A DNA stretch of 64,000 nucleotides from Methanobacteriota archaeon (GCA_020697715.1 JAEHCO010000003.1:64001-128000), one strand, 5' to 3'; positions 1 to 8,675 are shown, counted from the stretch's first letter. The notes: generated from the sequence alone by a model not told the origin. Program-made: numbers and translations.

Positions 1-252
1 CGGCCAGAGATGGATAATGCTGCAATTATCAGAGAACTTCGGGTACTGGGAAGGGCGGTGCCCATTGGCGAAAAGAAGGATGAGGCCTGGCAGCATAAGG
101 GCCATGGCGAGAGGCTCATCGAAGAAGCAAAGGCCATATCCAACCAACAGGGTGTGGACAAACTGCTGGTCATGAGCGGTGTTGGCGTGCGCGAATACTA
201 TAAAAAACTGGGATTCGAGAGAGATGGACCATACATGAGCCTGAAGTTGTGA
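1..252 (+). CDS. elp3: Elp3 tRNA uridine(34) acetyltransferase, C-terminal GNAT part (truncated by window start)
   Basis: IIRELRVLG...WQHKGHGERLIEEA and SGVGVREYYKKLGFERDGPYM match the Elp3 C-terminus. Confidence 0.9.
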   Translation, partial: RPEMDNAAIIRELRVLGRAVPIGEKKDEAWQHKGHGERLIEEAKAISNQQGVDKLLVMSGVGVREYYKKLGFERDGPYMSLKL

Positions 253-395
253 TATTTTTCTAAATAATACTGATGGTGGCACATTTGTTGACAATATGTT
301 ATTATCTTTTTATAATTCTTAACAATTGCTTAATCAGATAAGATTATATATTCAAAATGAGATTGTGTTATATAGGAAGAGTAAGGTGGAATCTT

Positions 396-614
396 ATGTC
401 CGAATGTAAGAGATTGGGAGCATGCCCCTTCTTCAATGACAAGATGGCTGACAAGCCAGGCATGACACAATTGTATAAAAAGAACTATTGTATGAAGGAT
501 TTTTCTCAGTGTGCGAGATATATGGTGGCCGAGGCAATTGGCTCGGAAAAAGTACCGATCGATCTTTATCCCAATATGGTTCAGAGAGTATCGGATATAA
601 TTGCCAAATCTTAA
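396..614 (+). CDS. Small Cys-rich conserved hypothetical protein (putative metal-binding)
   Basis: ATG at 396 after an AGGTGG RBS-like motif; four Cys in C-x5-CPFF...YC-x6-CARY, then VPIDLYPN. Confidence 0.65.
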   Translation: MSECKRLGACPFFNDKMADKPGMTQLYKKNYCMKDFSQCARYMVAEAIGSEKVPIDLYPNMVQRVSDIIAKS

Positions 615-751
615 TGAGTATCACTTTGGCATTTATCTTATACCAGTTCTTTTAGGCACGTTTTTTCATATTCGATATTCTTGCATATTTATTATATATT
701 GCATTTGCTATTACAATACTATTACGAAATGAAGGTGATATTATTACATAT

Positions 752-1267
752 GTGAGGAAAGTTTGTCTTGTGGGTGATCCCGAGGTTGGAAAGACCTGTC
801 TGGTCAGAAAATTCGTGATCGATAAATTCGATGATTCTTACATAATGACCATGGGAGCCAAGGTCATGAAGAAGGAGACCAAGATCGAGATCGATGGCAA
901 GGAACACGATGTCAATCTGATGCTATGGGATGTCATGGGACAGAAGCACTTCCGTATCATAGAATCAGTTGCTTTCGAACATGTGTCTGGAGCAATTGTG
1001 GTATGTGACCTCACGCGCAAGCCAACTGCAGAAAATATAGATTATTGGATAGAGGCTGTGACAAATATTTCTGGTGATATACCTCTGGTCATCCTGGCCA
1101 ATAAGAACGACCTCGTTGATGAGATCGAATATGGCGAGGAGCTGTTGGCCGAGATAGCAGCCAAGCACAATGCGAATTTTTACATAACCTCTGCCAAGAC
1201 TGGTGAGGGTATCGAGGATGCTTTTGCCGAACTGGCTAAGCTATCCATTGCGAAGAGCTTTGACTAA
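752..1267 (+). CDS. Rab/Ras-like small GTPase (prokaryotic Rup type)
   Basis: G1 GDPEVGKT, switch I YIMTMG, G3 WDVMGQ, G4 NKND, G5 TSAK; true start may be a few codons upstream (GGTGAT RBS at 734-739). Confidence 0.92.
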   Translation: MRKVCLVGDPEVGKTCLVRKFVIDKFDDSYIMTMGAKVMKKETKIEIDGKEHDVNLMLWDVMGQKHFRIIESVAFEHVSGAIVVCDLTRKPTAENIDYWIEAVTNISGDIPLVILANKNDLVDEIEYGEELLAEIAAKHNANFYITSAKTGEGIEDAFAELAKLSIAKSFD

Positions 1268-1277
1268 GGTGTTGCCC

Positions 1278-1526
1278 ATGAGGGAAGATAAATTAGATCT
1301 ACGCAAGAAAGAACTTGATGACATTGAAAAGCGCACTCAGAAGGAGCGCCAGAAGCTTTTAACTATGATAATGGAAAGAGAGGAGCATCTGGAGAAGCGA
1401 GAGCGAGACATCATCGATAGAGAGAGATCCCTCAGGGAAAGGGAGATGAAGCTCGAGGAATCAAAAAGGAAGCTTGTCACCCTTCTTAAAAATGCCAAAA
1501 AGAAGAAAGAGGAACAGAAGGCTTAG
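1278..1526 (+). CDS. Highly charged coiled-coil protein
   Basis: ATG at 1278 after AGGTG, 10 bp behind the GTPase stop; E/R/K-rich heptad-like sequence (EREEHLEKRERDIIDRERSLREREMKLEE). Confidence 0.75.
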   Translation: MREDKLDLRKKELDDIEKRTQKERQKLLTMIMEREEHLEKRERDIIDRERSLREREMKLEESKRKLVTLLKNAKKKKEEQKA

Positions 1527-2230
1527 TCTTTCCGCACATATATCTGCTTCAGCATCACATCACGAATTCCTCTGACCATTTCCAGATTACCATCAAAATT
1601 CTTCAATTTCTTGCCAAAGGTGAACTCCAGCTCATAATGTATGGCTTCGGCAATGCTTTCCACATATTCTCGCATATCATCTCCTGAATAGACAATTGCG
1701 AGGGTGACATCCAGGTTTCTTGATGGCTCGATCACTATATTCTTTTCTCCGAACTCTATCATGCTGATATTGGTATCCTTCATGTCGCTGAAGCTCTCTG
1801 TTACAAAGCCCTGGATGAGGGTTAACATGCTGGAGAAAATGTCCATGTCAAGGTCTGGATTGACATGACTGGTGGCATGAGCAAGTAATGCTCCATCCTT
1901 GTAGATGAGGAACATTTGTTCGATCACTCTCTCATCTCTGGTAGGGACTGTTTCTCCTTTACCCATGCCCCAGCTAGATCTGGCATGTGTGGCTTGTGAC
2001 TCGGATCCTGATTCAGCATCTCCAGGCCTGCTCATCTCCAGGCCTGAACCCTTGCTTTTGCTGACCCTATTCAGCCATTCCTCCATTGATCTTCTTATCG
2101 CACTGGAGGCATTGAGCATTTCTTTGTCACAATGGCCGAAGAAAGCATTGGCTGTGTCAACAAAATCCTCTGTGATTATGAAGTGGAGCTGATCTCCTGT
2201 TTTGTATTCCTTCTTTCGGGGTTTCGCCAT
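1523..2230 (-). CDS. Putative ribbon-helix-helix + longin/roadblock-like domain fusion
   Basis: N-terminal QLHFII strand followed by two helices ending NASSAIRRSMEEWL; disordered linker; C-terminal IEQMFLIYKDGALL...IFSSMLTLIQGFVTESF...IEFGEKNIVIE...LAIVY pattern. Confidence 0.65.
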   Translation of the reverse strand: MAKPRKKEYKTGDQLHFIITEDFVDTANAFFGHCDKEMLNASSAIRRSMEEWLNRVSKSKGSGLEMSRPGDAESGSESQATHARSSWGMGKGETVPTRDERVIEQMFLIYKDGALLAHATSHVNPDLDMDIFSSMLTLIQGFVTESFSDMKDTNISMIEFGEKNIVIEPSRNLDVTLAIVYSGDDMREYVESIAEAIHYELEFTFGKKLKNFDGNLEMVRGIRDVMLKQIYVRKD

Positions 2231-2341
2231 CTGATATATACATTATATGAGCCTGTATTTAAATCTATGTACATTAATGTACATTGGATTTTGTATAAAG
2301 AATGATCTCTAAATAATTCAATGAGCCAGATACTAAAAAAA

Positions 2342-3247
2342 TCACCGATATCCTGGCAGGTCCTGCTTCTTTTCATAAATGGATCTGAAGTCGAATCTCT
2401 CCAGCTCCTCTTCATATTTCTTGTCCAGAGTGTTCATTTTCTTTCTAATTTTACTAAGCTCTGAATCCTTCTTTTCTATCATATTTTTGAGCTTTTCAAC
2501 ATCCTTCAACAAGCTCTTATCAAAATCAAACCCATTGATCATCATCAGTGTGAGTGAATTGCCGATGATGTCCACACGTATCTCGATCATCTCGCGGCTG
2601 TGTTCCTTGTACACCCGCTTATTCAGTTTCACGAGATATTCACGATGGTTCTTAACAGCTGATAATATATTGTCAATTCTATTGCCAGTGTTCAGCAGAT
2701 ACTCCTCGACTTTCAATATTGAGGAGTTGAATTCGCCTATCGCGCCCTTGCTACCCTTTTTACTTCTGGAGTTCAGGCTCAGGGCGTCCATGATCACTTC
2801 TTCCCGCTTGACCCGGGTATCCAGCTTCTTCTCCATGCTGGATATCTTCTTATTGGCTTCGCGGTTGGCTTCCTTCAGTATTTTGATGACATCTTCCTGC
2901 TTGGTGATCTTCTTCTCCATCCTGGTAAGTTGGCTGGAGAGTGACTTCAGGGTGGGCTCGACCTTCTTTGGAGGTGCTGGTGTTGGCGCTGGCTGAGTTT
3001 TTTTGGCAGAGCTTTTCTTAGGCTCTGCCTTTGCTTGTTTCTTTGGTTTTGCCTTGGTCTGCTTTTTTGGTTCGACCTTTGTTTCTTTCTTCGGCTTGGT
3101 CTCCTTCTTGGCAGGGGTCTTTGCCTTTGCAGAAGTCTTTTTGGCTTTGGCTGGCTTGGTCTTTTTAGGCTCTGCTTTTTCCTTCTTTGCTTTTGCATCC
3201 GCCTTGCTATCAGTCTTTTTCGTGGTCTTGGTCTTTTTCGCAGCCAT
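2342..3247 (-). CDS. Protein with a Lys/Ala/Pro-rich histone-H1-like N-terminus and a long coiled coil
   Basis: First ~95 aa are almost entirely K/A/P/T/E with PKK repeats; remainder is heptad-like. Confidence 0.75.
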   Translation of the reverse strand: MAAKKTKTTKKTDSKADAKAKKEKAEPKKTKPAKAKKTSAKAKTPAKKETKPKKETKVEPKKQTKAKPKKQAKAEPKKSSAKKTQPAPTPAPPKKVEPTLKSLSSQLTRMEKKITKQEDVIKILKEANREANKKISSMEKKLDTRVKREEVIMDALSLNSRSKKGSKGAIGEFNSSILKVEEYLLNTGNRIDNILSAVKNHREYLVKLNKRVYKEHSREMIEIRVDIIGNSLTLMMINGFDFDKSLLKDVEKLKNMIEKKDSELSKIRKKMNTLDKKYEEELERFDFRSIYEKKQDLPGYR

Positions 3248-3340
3248 TGATTCATATATAGGCTAACTTGAATATGTATGTTTTGCCTTTGTTCACATAA
3301 ATTTTAATACTAACCACGGGATTTCCCGCTCGGTGATAGC

Positions 3341-4639
3341 ATGAATTTGAAGTTGTCCAAGGTAGTCCAGGAGCAGATAAAAACGCCTTCCCCCATAAGG
3401 CAGATAATGAAAATGGCCGAGAGGCAGAACATAATCAATATGGGTCTGGACCCAGATAATGTAATTTCCTTTGGCGGAGGTTGGGTAAACCATCCAGCCC
3501 CGGAACCTCTGAGGCAGAAATATATCGATGTTGCCAGTGATAAAACTCGTTTCCATGCCACTGGTGCTTACAGTGCCACACTGGGCGATCTCAGATATCG
3601 AGAGCTAATAGCGGAGATGGAGATGAAATTGTTCAATATGAAGAACATCAGCTCCCAAAACATTATAATCGGTCAGAGTAGTACTCAATTAACTCATGAC
3701 ATGTTCCTTACCACCACGGAGCCAGGCCAGGATGTTGTACTTCTTGATCCGACCTATGCGAATTATTACGGCCAGATGGTATTCGCTCTCACGGACAGTG
3801 GTATCGTCCACGATCCCAGTGGGATAGATCGTGTCGTACCCCGAGCGGAAGTGGCCTATCTCAAGGTCATGGATACCGAGCAGTGGAAATACATGCCGGA
3901 TATTGATAAGGCTTTGGCAGACCTTCGCAAAATAATGGATCTGCGAAGACCCAGCTTGCTCATGGTCCCATCACCTGACAATCCAACCAGCCAGATAGTT
4001 CCGCAGAAGTTCATGGAAGGTGCTATCCAGATATGCGCGGAATTCAATGCATATCTTGTGATCGACTTCGCTTACAAGACCCAGTACTTCGGTGAATACC
4101 CGGAATACTTTTCCTGGTCGCCAAATGATCATCCAAATCTCATAACAATTCATTCAAATTCCAAATGGGCCAGAAGCCTGGGTCGCCGAACCGGATGGAT
4201 CGAGGCCAGTCCTACCGTGATAGATGGAATGGAAAGGGTGCAGCAGTGCAGTGCTCTCTGCCCAGATACCTTCCATCAGATGGCCATGGTGGATTATCTT
4301 GAGGAAGCTCTGGCAAATGGAAGTCTGGTATCTTATCTTGAGAACACTAGACAGGATTATCAGAAGGCCGCGAATGTGACGATGAAAGCCATTGACCAGA
4401 ACCTCGGAATGAGAGCGCTCACACCACAGGGTGGCCTGTACACCGTGGTGGATGTTGGAACCGATGGTGACGAGTTCATACAGGATGTGCTCAAGAACAC
4501 TGGTGTTCTCTTCATACCTGGTGGTGGATTTGGCAAGTCATTGAAGAATGCTATCCGCGTATCATACGGCCCGATGGTCCATGACCTGGAGAAGATCAAG
4601 GAAGGCATGGAGAGGGCGGGCGAGTATCTGGGCAAATAG
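3341..4639 (+). CDS. PLP-dependent class I/II aminotransferase (aspartate aminotransferase family)
   Basis: DPTYANY, SPDNPT, DFAY, PLP-lysine motif HSNSKWARSLGRRTGW, PQGGLY, IPGGGFG. Confidence 0.9.
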   Translation: MNLKLSKVVQEQIKTPSPIRQIMKMAERQNIINMGLDPDNVISFGGGWVNHPAPEPLRQKYIDVASDKTRFHATGAYSATLGDLRYRELIAEMEMKLFNMKNISSQNIIIGQSSTQLTHDMFLTTTEPGQDVVLLDPTYANYYGQMVFALTDSGIVHDPSGIDRVVPRAEVAYLKVMDTEQWKYMPDIDKALADLRKIMDLRRPSLLMVPSPDNPTSQIVPQKFMEGAIQICAEFNAYLVIDFAYKTQYFGEYPEYFSWSPNDHPNLITIHSNSKWARSLGRRTGWIEASPTVIDGMERVQQCSALCPDTFHQMAMVDYLEEALANGSLVSYLENTRQDYQKAANVTMKAIDQNLGMRALTPQGGLYTVVDVGTDGDEFIQDVLKNTGVLFIPGGGFGKSLKNAIRVSYGPMVHDLEKIKEGMERAGEYLGK

Positions 4640-4961
4640 TTGATGAGTAGACGGTAGCCGCGGAGTAAATACTTTGATGATAATATTATTGGAATCGTAT
4701 TAACTCTTTTAATCGCTAGTAATATGTGGAAATGAGGCGATTAGTAGTCCCATCAATGATAATTCATATGAACGCGGAGAATTAACTCCGCGTGTTTGGG
4801 ACTATGGCCTTGTGGATGTCAACATTCGGGTCCTTAAGACCCCGATTGTTTACAGTGGAAACCTTTATCTCACTTAGCGTAATCACGGTTTCAAGTCAGA
4901 AATCCGAATGTTCCCGAATGGGAAAAAACCAGGCTAAATAACCTGGATGGGATGCTGTGCC

Positions 4962-6854
4962 ATGGATCAGGACGCCATTGGGCTTCTAGAAAGCCACTTG
5001 GATGATAAGAACTTCAAGAAACTGATAGCCATAGATAATCCGCGGGTTCATGATTTTGTAGCGAACTATATCGATATATGCAGGCCGGCAAGTGTTTTTG
5101 TCTGCACTGATGAAAAAAAGGATATTGATTATATCAGGAAATCAGCATGGCGCAATAGGGAGGAAGCCCCGCTTTCCATGCCGAACCACACAATTCATTT
5201 TGATAATTATAAGGATCAGGCCAGGGACAAGGATAATACCAAATTCCTGCTGCCCGAATCATATAATATCGGCCCAGAGATCAATGCCATGAACAGAGAA
5301 AGGGGATTGAAAGAAGTTCACAAGATCCTGCACAGGATGATGAAGGGCAGGGAGATGTATGTTCGATTCTTCAGCCTGGGTCCGACCAATTCGCCTTTCA
5401 CAATACCATGTCTTCAATTAACTGACTCCGCATATGTGGCACATTCCGAGGATATCCTTTACAGGCAGGCATATGATGAATTCGTCAAGAATGGAAAGAA
5501 CAGAGAGATATTCAGATTCGTTCATTCACAGGGTAGGCTTCAGGAAGCTGGCCTGGATCTCATGGTCAGCCGTGATCTGAAGAAAAGAAGGGTATATATC
5601 GACCTGATGGAAAATACCATATTCAGTACCAATACGCAGTATGCGGGCAATACGGTCGGTATGAAGAAACTGGCTCTGAGGTTGGCAATAAACAAGGCAT
5701 CCAAGGAAGGCTGGCTGGCCGAGCACATGTTGTTGATGGGTGTCGGTGATACTCAAGAAAAAATGACCTACTTCGCGGGCGCATTCCCATCTGCCTGCGG
5801 AAAGACATCCACTGCCACTCTCGCGGGAGATACGATAGTGGGTGATGATATCGCATTGCTCAGGAAGATCAATGGTTCCATAATGGGAGTGAATATGGAA
5901 CGTGGTATATTCGGCATATTGCCTGGTATCAATGCATCAGATGATAAGTCTCAATGGAATGCTCTGAACTCGGATGCGGAGATCATATTCTCCAATATAC
6001 TGGTCACGGACAAGAATGAGCCGTACTGGGATGGCAAAAGTGATACATGGCCAAGCAAGGGCATTAACCATTCTGGCGACTGGTTCGATGGTAAGCTGGA
6101 TGATATGGGAAGAAAGATACCTCCAGCTCATAAGAATGCCAGGTTCTGCATGGCACTCGAGAACATGGAGAATGTGGATCCCAATCTCCACAATCCTGAT
6201 GGTGTCAAGGTCAGTGGGATCATATATGGCGGAAGGGACTCGGATACTTTCGTTCCAGTGGAGGAGGCTTTTGATTGGATTCATGGTGTTATTACAAAGG
6301 CCGCGGCACTGGAATCCGAGACCACGGCAGCCACTCTGGGCAAGCGAGGTGTCAGGAAGTTCAATCCAATGTCCAATATTGATTTTCTATCAGTTCCAAT
6401 TGGAACCTACATTAAGAATCACATTGACTTCGCCAAGGATATGCCAGACGCACCTCGCATATTCTCCGTGAACTATTTCCTCAAGGACATGAGCGGTAAA
6501 TATCTCAATCACAAGAGCGACAAGAAGATATGGGTTCGCTGGATGGACAAGAGGGTGAACAATGAGGTAAAGGCTATCAGGACACCGACTGGCCTTATTC
6601 CATACTATGATGATCTTGTTCCTATATTTGAGAATTTCTTCCCCGACATAACATACACGGAGGATGAGTATATCAACCAGTTCACTGTTCGAATACCACA
6701 GCATCTTGCCAAAATAAAGCGAACATTGAAGATGTACGCGGCCAGGATCCTCTACACTCCAGAAGAATTGTTTGATGTTCTGGAGGATCAGAAGGAAAGA
6801 CTTGAGGATGCGCGAGACCGATATGGGAATTATGTTTCGCCATTCAAATTTTGA
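4962..6854 (+). CDS. pckG: Phosphoenolpyruvate carboxykinase (GTP)
   Basis: QLTDSAYVAHS, GWLAEHM, AGAFPSACGKT, VGDDIA, HKNARF, IIYGGRD; ATG at 4962 preferred. Confidence 0.95.
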   Translation: MDQDAIGLLESHLDDKNFKKLIAIDNPRVHDFVANYIDICRPASVFVCTDEKKDIDYIRKSAWRNREEAPLSMPNHTIHFDNYKDQARDKDNTKFLLPESYNIGPEINAMNRERGLKEVHKILHRMMKGREMYVRFFSLGPTNSPFTIPCLQLTDSAYVAHSEDILYRQAYDEFVKNGKNREIFRFVHSQGRLQEAGLDLMVSRDLKKRRVYIDLMENTIFSTNTQYAGNTVGMKKLALRLAINKASKEGWLAEHMLLMGVGDTQEKMTYFAGAFPSACGKTSTATLAGDTIVGDDIALLRKINGSIMGVNMERGIFGILPGINASDDKSQWNALNSDAEIIFSNILVTDKNEPYWDGKSDTWPSKGINHSGDWFDGKLDDMGRKIPPAHKNARFCMALENMENVDPNLHNPDGVKVSGIIYGGRDSDTFVPVEEAFDWIHGVITKAAALESETTAATLGKRGVRKFNPMSNIDFLSVPIGTYIKNHIDFAKDMPDAPRIFSVNYFLKDMSGKYLNHKSDKKIWVRWMDKRVNNEVKAIRTPTGLIPYYDDLVPIFENFFPDITYTEDEYINQFTVRIPQHLAKIKRTLKMYAARILYTPEELFDVLEDQKERLEDARDRYGNYVSPFKF

Positions 6855-6863
6855 TGATGTTTT

Positions 6864-7184
6864 TTATTTATCAACATTATCATGAACATTATCATTCAGA
6901 TCGTTCTGGTCTCCTTTACATGAGTTGCCAGTATTCTGTTCCCCTAATGTGATGATATTCATCATATCGTTTCCGTCGCCTGCTTTTCCACCATCATTTA
7001 GGTATGTCAATATCCCGATTATGAAAAGAAAGGCTCCCAATGCGGTGACCATGGGGCCGAGGTTTGTACTTGTCCAGTATATGTCCCTTATGATATCTGG
7101 ATAAACCGCACCCAATGTCAATGTCCCGACACCCGCTAATATGGTGCATACACCTATGACCTTATTTATCGACATGCCTGTCAT
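6864..7184 (-). CDS. Hypothetical membrane protein (2 TM helices)
   Basis: Two hydrophobic segments and an Asn/Asp-rich tail. Confidence 0.6.
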   Translation of the reverse strand: MTGMSINKVIGVCTILAGVGTLTLGAVYPDIIRDIYWTSTNLGPMVTALGAFLFIIGILTYLNDGGKAGDGNDMMNIITLGEQNTGNSCKGDQNDLNDNVHDNVDK

Positions 7185-7255
7185 ATACCATGACCTTCAG
7201 TATAATGGATATAGAAATCTCATATAAGGAATTAGCCTGAATTGATGAAGCTTAA

Positions 7256-7921
7256 CTAGTCTGCGGCGAACAGCTCGATCTCTATCTCCTCGAGCTTTTC
7301 ATCTTTCTTTTCTTTCTTCTCGCCTTCCTCTTCTTCATCATCTGGCTTATCTTCTTCGGCTTCCGATGCCTCAAGGGCGAATGTGATGCCATCTCCGACA
7401 TCGACCTCTTCCTCGACACTGGCTTCCTCGACCGGAGCCTCTTCTTGAGATGGCTCCGCTGGTGCTATTGGTGGTGGTGGTGGAGGTGCTGGCTCTGTTA
7501 CTTGAGGTTCAATCGGAGCAACAGGTTCGACTGGCTCGGCCAATGCTTCTTCCATTGGCGACTCTGGTTCGGCCAGGGCGGTCTCTTGTGGAGCAACTGC
7601 TTCGATAGGCGCGGGTTCGACCGGTGTTATTGCTTCCACTGGTGCTGGCTCCATGGGTGATTCCGGTTCTATTGGTTCGATCGGAGCAACAGGCTTTACT
7701 GGTACTGGCTCTTCAGTGACCTTTATCTTAATGGCCTCTGGCTCCTCAGCTGCCACGACCCCACCAGGCTTTACAGGCTTCACTTTTTTAGGAGCCATTT
7801 TCTGTGGTTCTGGCCTTCTATGACCCTCCTTCTTTTTCTTCTTTCTTGAAAAGAACCCTGAAATTACTATCAATATCAAACCATCTGGCACGATCTTTGT
7901 TTCCTTCCTATCATGAACCAT
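7256..7921 (-). CDS. Membrane-anchored Pro/Glu-rich low-complexity protein
   Basis: Short hydrophobic segment followed by RKKKKK, EP/PV/AP repeats, a PPPPPP tract and an acidic C-terminus. Confidence 0.65.
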   Translation of the reverse strand: MVHDRKETKIVPDGLILIVISGFFSRKKKKKEGHRRPEPQKMAPKKVKPVKPGGVVAAEEPEAIKIKVTEEPVPVKPVAPIEPIEPESPMEPAPVEAITPVEPAPIEAVAPQETALAEPESPMEEALAEPVEPVAPIEPQVTEPAPPPPPPIAPAEPSQEEAPVEEASVEEEVDVGDGITFALEASEAEEDKPDDEEEEGEKKEKKDEKLEEIEIELFAAD

Positions 7922-8002
7922 TTACTTCACCCCGTTGCCTAACTCTAAAGGATAGAAATGCGATAAAGATAAATAAATATATCTTCGCGCTTCCCATGCC
8001 TA

Positions 8003-8239
8003 ATGAGAGCGGAGATCACACTATCTAAAATACCTGATCCAAAAGCACTGGCAAGCTGTCTTAGCCCGGAGGTCACCGAAGACCTGGCCAAGACAAGCAT
8101 GGAAGTGGAGATCGGTATTGACAGCCTAAAGATTAAAATAGCTGCTGAAGATGTGAGCTCTCTAAGAGCCGCCTTGAATTCTTACTTGAGGTGGCTGAGG
8201 ATCGCAACAGATACCAATGAAGTCATTACCCAACTTTGA
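8003..8239 (+). CDS. pcc1: KEOPS complex subunit Pcc1
   Basis: LSPE...LKIKIAAEDVSSLRAALNSYLRWL signature; lies directly upstream of prefoldin beta. Confidence 0.88.
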   Translation: MRAEITLSKIPDPKALASCLSPEVTEDLAKTSMEVEIGIDSLKIKIAAEDVSSLRAALNSYLRWLRIATDTNEVITQL

Positions 8240-8315
8240 CATTCCCGAGTTTGGTTCAAACAAACTCGGGGATCGATATGTGGGCGAATGTCAACTTTGG
8301 GTCATAGGAGGGTTG

Positions 8316-8675
8316 ATGATGAATGAGGAAATACAGGGAAAATTATTCCAGTACCAGCAATTACAGCAGCAAGTGCAGATGATAGGCAATCAGAAATACC
8401 AGATGGAAATGCAGGCCGCGGAGCTTGACAAGACACTGGAAGAGCTCAAGGACCTGGAGAAAGGAACTCCAATTTACAAGAGCATAGGAAGCCTATTGGT
8501 CAAGAAGGATGACAAGGACGCATTGGTCACCGAGCTGGAAGAGCAGAAAGAGACCGTGGAGATCCGTGTCAAGAGCCTGGCCAAGCAGGAAAAGACCATG
8601 AAGGAAAGCTTCGATTCCCTTCAGGAAGAACTGACAAAGGCCTTGCAGGGTGGTCAGGAAGCTCCAGAGAACTGA
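8316..8675 (+). CDS. pfdB: Prefoldin subunit beta
   Basis: YQQLQQQ helix, IYKSIGSLLVK hairpin, second coiled helix; GGAGG RBS before ATG 8316. Confidence 0.93.
   Translation: MMNEEIQGKLFQYQQLQQQVQMIGNQKYQMEMQAAELDKTLEELKDLEKGTPIYKSIGSLLVKKDDKDALVTELEEQKETVEIRVKSLAKQEKTMKESFDSLQEELTKALQGGQEAPEN

Noticed and set aside
752-1267. Evidence of eukaryotic or Asgard contamination
   Set aside because: Neighbours are typical euryarchaeal/Thermoplasmatota-like genes with archaeal RBS motifs; the GTPase has no CAAX/CC tail, and Rab-like GTPases are known outside Asgard archaea
2379-3266. Hydrophobic Phe/Leu/Ser-rich + strand ORFs
   Set aside because: Antisense shadows of the Lys/Glu-rich gene; the same applies to 36598-37182 and 45201-45965
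4640-4960. SRP RNA, RNase P RNA or C/D-box sRNA
   Set aside because: No SRP helix-8 or RNase P P4 consensus on either strand; the TGATGA boxes lack a suitably placed CTGA
8217-8315. N-terminal extension of prefoldin beta (and similar longest-ORF extensions at 15237-15476, 43841-44017 and 59305-59373)
   Set aside because: RBS position and family length favour downstream starts; the extensions run through hairpin or promoter DNA
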